Assembly (NCBI GenBank): GCA_964629655.1
Contig: CAZVQU010000002.1
Coordinates: forward strand, 524,878-588,877
From: an uncultured Planctomycetia bacterium
Lineage (GTDB): Bacteria > Omnitrophota > Gorgyraeia > Duberdicusellales > 4484-171
Direction of reading: 5' to 3'
Length of the DNA stretch: 64,000 nt
This document shows, piece by piece, positions 63,701 through 64,000 of this stretch. Below the pieces are notes generated by a model. That model searched no databases, was not told where the DNA came from, and was given only the letters and a program-made list of their open reading frames with translations. The position numbers and the translations under genes are program-made. Numbering within the stretch: the stretch's first letter is position 1; each line of letters starts with the position of its first letter.

Positions 63701-64000
63701 AAAGATAGGGACTTATACCAGCTGGAAAGCTATGTTTATACTGCTCGTATAGGGCAGGTGGCTGAGCCTTCATTGGCGAAGAAGTTCTCTTTTCGAGCTT
63801 TTGAACTTCTTCAGGCAAATTCTTGAGAGTAGATAAAGAAGAAGAATTTATAATTTCTATTTGCCAAGTCGGATCATTTTGAAATATTTCTAGACTGTTT
63901 AGCAACCAATCGATAAGCAGAGGTAAATAGTCTGCTTGTAACTGCATAAATTCCTTGATATCGTATTGCGACCTATCTAAAATGTTAAAAGACCTTTTAA
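42123..64000 (-). CDS. Giant multi-module protein (at least 7274 aa, 5' end outside the window)
   Basis: No stop codon over 21.8 kb; frame stays open from 63947 to the edge (…KRSFNILDRSQYDIKEF-MQLQ); many recognisable domains in this frame. Confidence 0.95.
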   Translation of the reverse strand, partial: KRSFNILDRSQYDIKEFMQLQADYLPLLIDWLLNSLEIFQNDPTWQIEIINSSSLSTLKNLPEEVQKLEKRTSSPMKAQPPALYEQYKHSFPAGISPYLYGVAEVREKHILWQGEGGLSEEKIQAIDRDEAELVHGYGLAALEVWMRSSKNWKPVSKWADRLATRITEVWYNLAAVVNANMAAEGARDEASTLTIGMVYGLPRLFDPNAFPKMDSANDPLEVTRKSYLASYVACVAIGSHRYLVIQKAQEGGYILLPDSCYLYKIFAPKNSGVDIDFSLEENLRRIAEARRYEDIRRIRWTELMRGRHRKEINEALKTLQIRYEDIEDKYKEFFTEAEGFARVGRKGSLRLEKVLKSTTGELKINNRRGGWISLIGDGDQMPVNAILANELDGCGGAGGTAEGVIAVRQANGEVDFSARIISHQKCKEDQEYPLQADDPEARKLTRKEQQEAEKCNIPLNPEGEVNLRLITADLSGIHENISFTTVPFGSTEDNGHNWLPLLHELSISDDARTVTMPYYVSRPYERKIVEVVYATMKDEYLRRIVQEKSPLVRAKLHYQLACLYADLKFYKEAEEQFNLAEEEADEDLKNNITAAWFYYEALKELLLKDVPDEEEARRILSRAGEYKELFEIEQLLALIDSKGGKVLDEAEDILSIVGEIISAEEKERIILLEKLYCHINRENLDKLKAFLHKISRLDDQTLDSEYARSILSNIFDALLGRKTELIEHDFLHTLIRNSHSDVFSQVVSEAIKAHSSSSMLKNEVSLPVSILTVCTSNMFRSALLEYYLRLKVSDREIEIDSCGTRQPAPIDRKTHFLVIEEMRQSLIAKGFYSRIMEDFLYGRQRKFCSPSVAKEADLILVAEKRMISKFDDSYILRKGNEYKRIFVPTEFLSKEHGYYREDLPDIGTFVASGGQFTAADLWKIFESLDVDRIFDKAAVLNKKRSSSSIPMFFGRKVPAKEAKNKIYALIKSHSNKIESEGSILVVVDGDIAAGKTTFCKHIFSGYVNLQVVPIDDYRLEGDLRSMIDWDTLRDDLRVFMNDRNVEVLILEGYKALYIKEHGFSADLKIKIWADQKTREINLIERGDPVEDLLGLHQIYAFTPEYDLVLDNSLKNRISGSSSPNLKPYIVANNRLLKALKFILIKGFYVALPASRINKLVRSIISTRPQWAFRVADRFKEELSWEESSSSMICDFLKKDRLPKLIADLKDGVDSRNAARIISVYREIIAYFNFYYETGRYEQAGELILEMLGRRKSEGGIRHIFSTAGFDKAQWRSVLSAVNREVDCFSANAFLLLEKVILLEAYIENGYDEDYNREVSGILELDSQRGDYLLAITKWLVVTMVTRRFILDVNDIPEINAELLNDKIDSVTYNALAKYPNIDIDTIVAAERIFVGNLLSLGVIFRKKKVFEESYGVLITARSRLKTVFYLSPNSLEFELHRLKKEVNREITVTGKLLFSGSSPLSDKFSKELQYLRYILETIEVKDIGTQVEIARELGLDHRPIANGLLNLFLVGYYTSIRKIVNLEFMDIIGGYGCAGADWSTFILATGARQVDFYEQNRVNAYRLWCLLYDEDSQSHRLHHNQGIKNEYKQGKFHSGFGGGIMGGMREIELKIAAELESMEVNRFKSDGAENIKVIDNLDGSVTIRFDWTFFGQASKTYSITYKPEDMEKMSLDKKIDVYYQKASFVMLKRYKIFLSRIAKNIKADGFLVIDEGEYRNVDSFLNGKAGLFTTKDEIHNEEMRLWEYFIREYIRKDLETDWQPGASQASSDFSLSKSNYGWRVYVRQKQKFSSSISGTANTVYIMIKKGQLNKARINKIPAKVKSRQRECTASDVQHAAILSSSSITELGRFERAKKIIQELLPIGAYHIWLHVQTTADLADYLAKQLFLPSTKREVLRVCALFHDLGKTTNTLLCWINSPSELPKQQLQYLRKAHPIYSVEIVQEIVAQHSLELSPEQLTEVMGKISNHHIPKAEDLFEQIISTADWLESCLASSRPYHFVQRGITQVEEAFIYFFQYLRSINFTLHPDLFAVLEQAREDERFLSILERSQQHDPVAITDVVQYWFNCPRRDDLELLTELIVQTVDLEQLKRFLQIVAECVILNKLGAERSEVFLDKILSAVCFRKDHEVVKKHLKYLSARPESSALFVYMADEKIHSHFRPLSVDKTASGSSITLAKLKDSGLILGASQLFWPWKKSCHEYDSTQHIVDTIKEVRERGFGAVEIYLDSSGKRLWQYGVYVIDPNGLQDSDLRKIRDVAKDNTMELIVHAPWLEFEDKNNTVRFPDPLKDENHFDQTLRVAKELGMGLITLHLFNPSDTDGIVHFIQQATRNQITVGLENSRYNPYPVSDINSFLKGCVYHTNDEFVAAALRIYEQLSLEEREYFGITFDIAHANLSLDKARPLEEAILKSGIPLRSTHINQNMGIMDDHLPINHPEGTIPLLKYIGSLINRGYKGPVIQEVRGEVKPLEVLFPSSGLSSSPVEKPNANKPADSMETMRKEILSTSILCIIVFVKLAGEYIANRIILYAGSVWLISLDFVQGTDFFSVDALAVQNINGQKEEINQDFQLLIRTFKQMLHSYRKCIIKKVKKPQTKSSSPVGARFQSRTLLKIFNKILFFGNLKRYNGIKGQVQGKVTSSVAGGVFPPALFLKLVGQFKGWLRTVLKQKLFRIRLNKNIVITLDKIDNTIEIRAGPFTYIYVTYRYLDNPQNHIGNPLIESLQTLSFSSSSSVRKVGADINSEEFRVLQRAIKRRLHWWNVIQIGPVFIIREQHKKELPFKVRDRAKKHLLIVTEVNYSEVGQGIFGGRDYHGTSLSMARAMMRMDFTGRAVIGVGYGQLATHEIMARKLGAEKVLAIEKMKVNIGRSIGINGIQLGHTFRLIQLDLVKEFSRLIFEAGKFDIHEPIILANLGPTYLKEVNEKVIDLLANFPGGQLLLGGFFDHDGADDNALSFFDKVISPYLKRFSWLEVEKVTSHYISHYPERWGYLTYTIRNHDSLPDVSRYNQTSSPVRDRDKEILLEFCAKDKAGLMEDKESSSSSVAVGNSGLGNFIIPDLYEYFKLEYKLLTALYNLKRNAVSIGYAGKKREIYLIEWVQDSKRGRRGIDKQEPYCRESLRNIIALIAVLRATDDIIPGLFDKNSSFILGSTIHQASDLESDVDAMLAVNRELGVEERDMVSGLMDEIKMSFAHRFGACGLNFKRLRHIMYSQECWRTDINFRYAHKAMIYPFSRRMLNAWLMNQPSDKLLLQEYLKVLDALFTSSSSIRLLPAEMLPGALDAIRFGIDHRVVRECEQREARLGMPIGGELELRRKYKTKEDILSRISDETIRERVDVLPFYRDPFGYLEFNFRPSWSFRTQIDLLAKTVLEYTNIPNSDTHSVQFNLGIPRKDWDRFHEWGVKKEASKLMLAAVIAFISNDGIQNGVKVASIRKNRAKNVSISGQEYMHIEYGFARIREIYEVAKIIQYITKAIVSKHKAESGLSLSALEHSLAKFWSDQGQATLNASLERVLRYKPKIISYRPGSYRNIIPWRRGHKDEARNIKNSLRQILSESERISVQSYSSSSVCTRKGTLTRKLVKERFRGFKGVVVDFDQTMAYISRAFTGAFFALRFERIEEASPIGKIYYSIMLAADTVKLAALRLYSNRFPTSGNKATFYRMLLREIHLDEIVIRIKPNPEFHEAVRIILEHNPDCVFGICSVGVGEVIEAYLERIQEEGILTQGQFEVIMANYFELDSQDYFSGQTLSDVFIARDKELSLQGDTIIIGDNKDQKVFGELPYFVNIQAANWRTRLENVIKDKITSSSSLVDSLNGWKRKYIPVIGGRLWVSPAVLDPHYHNVQMGELLAWELENIIGPGDRVLDMGTGSGIIGIKAYQLGRSYVLGVDINPEAVNLARENYREFGLVSDVIESDLFEKISPGIVFDKITFSPPWFEHWNEPKSDSISSLDHAFYDPEYCTLERFIKEVHMYLNPDNINALSVIYITGRQIKTVLASLNDSRTLAIDSIKKFELSRVMGRRERKRRGHHRSKHWRIDNHVSVEKLRSEKLVIMTLKKVPRKVNIPEGAVSPAIRGGTENRMFHRPSGKKDVIRRESICPRTISGLINDPNADDWTIQNELAWRFEGYLNDEFVSGAVTFDGVGSIRGASSPGSLSPANGGASPIVRTKAYLEQQGNDAGAISKVVDFLDPASLLLQRMDELIIFVASGETCFEAVLAKAHPNKAFIISDIYSAPYYQFAEQFERGILPTQKMARALENKNVVTIRADVNDMFEHFPNNSFDKIVVIGSGSKINRPIINSLKLKVLSTKLKSNGELLIRPYKDNASEFSHLDIVPDGKILGFSTQQYSDPLGSQLYKWTSSKDNCSFDFDSPEYHGVYLEALKRASLIPLETSVTAASPVKDLAELPRDLLSSRVLFRSGLYYFLIGLSVASLMAFAAAKFENVWFIGFIPGLVLSGFSLSIALVLKVAKMLTNAKGYTDAPSYQLAVGPKVDFLRNQIKKQGFDIEIDDFEDWHAPLFMYKDEGVLKTNYYYLPFLPRLFLWIVTRYVIFHLKRIQSVRRDNTFGQLDDLEKCKTQVRSSSTVQAENSARGIERILLKRALRRKNRLLISNSGSVFNRVFLVSGTCLVEKWLMDGESIAIWARNELRIARERLDGVGAKIFIHGNRVIQEFVEVLGDADETSAGLLYLVSPEEGERLIDAYFEAILAEWRRGVFNSDFYLFNYGRNLMGEVVLFDYSQISDKYPQNLRVLTRLRDKLFGIANLRYTPQWLYDYYVSAATSFIYEFEEEFLGLPEDQLYWQRDIKEGVAFGKLGFPHPYPPEGHTISYVSLVDKRRGHDSRQSSSAVQKATEDIDGANRIISKAIRIAAGGSSSISSAVGVSSSKVAKEWVLSSVKMLKRHTMRIGRPISALEKDIEAGQITLVGAEAHFSHITAAVSDTNKIVQEWLTTKGKGIPVVIRDPALTAAHDIKNALSSMSETMQLAQMTCDEEDGKDIIKCCDELVRVTVSRLYRIKRILADLIRCANGKAPKKESFNLMEEINTIAKLFGHKVKEDNMQVEINIASNIWIYSVRNDIFSIFLNLISNAIDALEGNNNPEISIAVKKIEASIRITFSDNGSGIEKSVQKRLFQKFFTTKKHKGTGLGLSIVQGIIEKHGGAIDVASQKDRGTTFTITLPSDESSKSQRINDLRMEQQPSARIVGDLSSSSVKVKGRSLSETFDFGLEARLLSSLYQFPATYYTIQYKGGYRWGTKLQWGQSREVLRNVIAVIAILRKFEQMVPTSVDKNKSFMFGSTVKTTCAIDSDIDAMFVLCGEFTRNIAKLFRQIRSSFAEKFSKDYGLTQEVLGGISVVGKNAPILKEAVSVDIERKSIHSFTKEQLSVWRDNDSQNGDLLNEYLEAINNLSGKSVRCDLPVCKSAKTSSSVAEVSEQKAKKTLRSKIIENLTLPRTLSVKQLDKYVEWGLIDEVTPEALQDSSEAQKVLLLPAQEDCINLVEDLEEASMTEIEMRQLIADLQNRSPLVHINVPTLFSVQVRIDSDIVAEYVRFLNPLGCLDKRLVSAIEGHITDKEIGIMKTKLREVIWNESRVVFVARFIEQELETLSLFQDSFDWLLENFLKVNDGREVNKFLEDCRQIWQKELNGIEADREARLSPEQMVGRYSIYPEQEIRSKISIIDCLMQLTLPKCTETILMAVRGMDKEIITAKDGKKFQLEFSTSLEELSDEMVVHTKLEEIDLETNKERELSKEQINRHKKNILREWQDERICTRWIFFLKDMQTGERRKGVFMVGHVDDEGALWIDLVNFILLKERGMLSAICLRIGERFEELPFNIKVKAFIEEIRSIITLAEEFTKLSPNFSQEDIKLGRWLTFYRDEYNYLKDDKGQISLGLAQTTLIEELLKNLCPLLLKHPLSQDIMKQMLWGKIFYEKFRLSKIQLEVVKADLGITKLLLIGSTKSSSSVMSGRSIERLRVIMRERYGELNKVLFFMPERHIGDEIIFNGPLSAQFLVAYPHARITMVTRNPFIWEKQGEMFIPLPVLKDNGKCNWDNTIRAINGMAEFDLAILSHEDLLLPPGLARNYRHIWELSGKNASIRHCQYYRDFNLGHELGLSLMGYPSNSLFINHGSKESIVARRELENIGIGIGEDFIFINGRSKSKARSLDWKSSVRIARFLAENFGMKTALTIESLDGRFYSYDDFYRYLGREFRDWVFLLPSGSMLRNGQEKFLKYWMYFSTIIISVDTATAHLGYGIGKSTIVCIASEIVKKYWYPAAAAEMSFIGSGLGHVETLVCSDGFYRKLFSEVERRLQNDDSIRDSSVLGQQKNTTTTSLQTSSPLGVEKVILQELWNAAKRLASLSYIKGGDAFEQAFVDALKPALTREEAMRLFDFIRSRTRREPIANVPYPGSCYVRQDPEENLVLARFAKGDDFMTSILRSKFAPPGDDKSMWIGNEAEDIQVYTDVDNGGYIVILPTAAFNALSNQDLARHIYGLPDQEEWHWFYVKGDLSISRETTPFIFIGRRLSEQLIASKGQDEELRKKFEELKKEVLIEVLDLSKQTIVDTLEAALKRHDLKFVGKDFWPGIETIIYNVLQHPEMSDITEKIVSVIVSSANETFLISEEFDTRINVQREPTKLEVQSSSPVESKQSRSSLGSNKSAAGKVKRMPAWDILSVLELHKSLLISTTKENGLRIHRIRVPALKEKDKAPKGLEILPYELFDTTDHELVYDNRGYLIAIYPVLPASYQVDQKMRKPHYLDFSEYYFDVPQLGDPKAVAKWNAFIEVIQKTDKALIAYEERRGIVGAIERRPRWVPYIYVTVEKKERFPYINPFYTSKFGLEVERGSILNEVDPAHMHHAILPVFPTVYHPGSNSLCDWEYLRAVNQKLDVRKDHDVLVGGSGNGLDAWFVSLRTARKIYAVGINPFEVANTRASGRLAGFKVEAKIHDNIISAEGTPVFNKKFDRIIWNMPTYYPDGPRVRQSLEEWEDNDYDGAILRRFAQGLPTLLKPDGLALVWNSAFGDSLDAAEDILRLKGKMDVTAEIFRGRTYLANIENNTESAPTAIYSVRKANSPDVVRTKSRRGSSPVGNEATAASPMASFVSLKRNISRIVQFLGFVLPLSAISLFVQWIPGGLLGIEKSLHSERYAPLNYLLTDPHISLGQTFHISNIHHTISKFGSSGSTTIIIATVGFVLGIAIFITIKHVVKTRAIRIALETAAIFPAAALLSILITELLIGGQIDLFVQTTQDNILLQAFSVPEVYSWIGLLCFPLSLWILLAKMVKSDPFFRPDSESGDTFEEE
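42780..44090 (-). other. Giant-ORF module: second HemK-like methyltransferase with N-terminal extension
   Basis: VFPTVYHP, VLVGGSGNG, AVGINP, FDRIIWNMP, LLKPDG. Confidence 0.75.
45072..46130 (-). other. Giant-ORF module: glycosyltransferase family 9 (heptosyltransferase-like)
   Basis: HIGDEI…YPHARITMV, ISVDTATAHLGYGIGKSTI. Confidence 0.82.
47751..48383 (-). other. Giant-ORF module: Pol-beta-type nucleotidyltransferase, copy 2
   Basis: FMFGST…SDIDAM; colinear with copy 1. Confidence 0.75.
48399..49355 (-). other. Giant-ORF module: histidine kinase core (HisKA + HATPase_c)
   Basis: AAHDIKNAL, NLISNAIDA, DNGSGI, FFTTK…GTGLGL, GTTFTITLP. Confidence 0.93.
49485..50258 (-). other. Giant-ORF module: protein-kinase-like fold
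   Basis: VIQEFV hinge, RRGVFNSDFYLFNY catalytic loop (DxxxxN), VVLFDY. Confidence 0.65.
50826..51515 (-). other. Giant-ORF module: degenerate TrmB-like methyltransferase
   Basis: LAKAHPNKAFIISDI, NVVTIRADV, FPNNSFDKI, LKSNGELLI. Confidence 0.6.
51567..52574 (-). other. Giant-ORF module: HemK/PrmC-like methyltransferase
   Basis: VLDMGTGSG, GVDINPEAV, SDLF, FSPPWF. Confidence 0.88.
52590..53297 (-). other. Giant-ORF module: HAD-superfamily phosphatase
   Basis: VVVDFDQT, ICSVG, MANYFE, K…IIIGDNKD. Confidence 0.8.
54216..54869 (-). other. Giant-ORF module: Pol-beta-type nucleotidyltransferase, copy 1
   Basis: FILGST…SDVDAM (hG[GS]…DxD). Confidence 0.75.
54975..55796 (-). other. Giant-ORF module: degenerate PrmA-like methyltransferase
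   Basis: FGGRDYHGTS, GRAVIGVGYG, ARKLGAEKVLAIE, IILANL, LLLGGF. Confidence 0.65.
56559..57467 (-). other. Giant-ORF module: sugar-phosphate isomerase/AP-endonuclease-2 TIM barrel
   Basis: GFGAVEI, VHAP, TLH, GLEN, FDIAHA, DDHLP…GTI, GYKGPVIQE. Confidence 0.85.
57483..58457 (-). other. Giant-ORF module: HD-domain phosphohydrolase (HD-GYP-like, no GYP motif)
   Basis: H…ALFHDLGK…HP…NHH…ADWLE…SRPY. Confidence 0.85.
60642..61151 (-). other. Giant-ORF module: P-loop nucleoside/nucleotide kinase-like
   Basis: VDGDIAAGKTT Walker A, IDDY, VLILEG. Confidence 0.8.
61167..61721 (-). other. Giant-ORF module: low-molecular-weight phosphatase (LMW-PTP/ArsC/YwlE fold)
   Basis: ILTVCTSNMFRS (CX5R), IDSCGT, EADLILV, DLPD. 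Confidence 0.85.
61737..63770 (-). other. Giant-ORF module: GlpX (class II fructose-1,6-bisphosphatase)-like domain followed by TPR-like helices
   Basis: EGARDEASTLTIG, DPLEVT, PDSCYLYK, LEENLRRIA, RGRH, IGDGD, GAGGTAEGVIA in GlpX order. Confidence 0.8.

Larger units (their letters stand above)
42735..63785 (-). repeat. Dispersed in-frame 15-nt junction repeat, consensus TCCAGCTCGYCGGTG (SSS[P/S]V)
   Basis: Copies with AGC-TCR core have lowest coordinates 42765, 44091, 45006, 45057, 46131, 47736, 48384, 49356, 50259, 51552, 52575, 53298, 54870, 54960, 55797, 56193, 56544, 57468, 58458, 61722. Variants at 42735, 49470, 50811, 51516, 54201, 58611, 59607, 60426, 60627, 61152, 63771. All share the same codon phase. 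Confidence 0.92.

Noticed and set aside
42735-63785. Junction repeats as a CRISPR array
   Set aside because: The repeat is only about 15 nt and degenerate, spacing ranges from about 30 nt to 2 kb, it lies in a coding frame, and no cas genes are present.
42735-63785. Classical integron attC sites
   Set aside because: No RYYYAAC…GTTRRRY long hairpins at the junctions, no stop codons between modules, and no integrase in the window.
42728-63826. Many short + strand ORFs opposite the giant gene
   Set aside because: Ser/Ile/Phe-rich antisense shadows of the coding frame with no motifs.
63945-63947. ATG at 63947 as the true start of the giant gene
   Set aside because: The frame remains open to the window edge and there is no RBS, so the gene is truncated by the window.
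42123-64000. Giant ORF as NRPS/PKS, RTX/adhesin or intein-containing protein
   Set aside because: No A/C/KS/ACP motifs, no GGxGxD or tandem Ig-like repeats, and no C…HN splice junctions at the boundaries.
1-64000. tRNA, rRNA, transposase or prophage genes
   Set aside because: None recognised; intergenic spaces are short and no hallmark motifs were seen.

Overview
Bacterial chromosomal DNA, AT-rich and mostly coding on the minus strand. Bases 1-42 kb hold housekeeping, envelope and signalling genes of a diderm: RluA-type pseudouridine synthase, PilZ/receiver/histidine-kinase genes, comF-lptF-lptG, alr-tsaB-tsaE-thiL, and a small accessory patch (divergent AsnB-like, cupin, GNAT). They continue with mtnA, tatD-metG-PSP1-holB-tmk-cysS-ispFD-PIN/TRAM-radA, mlaDFE, clpC-mcsB-mcsA, ilvE, lolDC, lysS and an oligopeptide ABC transporter. 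This gene content plus a giant gene is consistent with a PVC-group organism such as Omnitrophota (inference only). The last 22 kb is one uninterrupted minus-strand ORF of at least 7274 aa that stays open past the window edge. It is a string of about 25 unrelated segments, many enzyme-like (GlpX, LMW phosphatase, P-loop kinase, HD, TIM-barrel isomerase, several methyltransferases, two nucleotidyltransferases, HAD, kinase-like, histidine kinase, GT9, LspA-like). Nearly every junction carries the same in-frame 15-nt motif, consensus TCC AGC TCG (C/T)CG GTG = S-S-S-(P/S)-V, conserved at codon level in 20 copies. The main candidate novel system is an in-frame, cassette-like polyprotein built and/or processed at this repeated junction site. 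All domain calls were made by eye from motifs; no searches were run.
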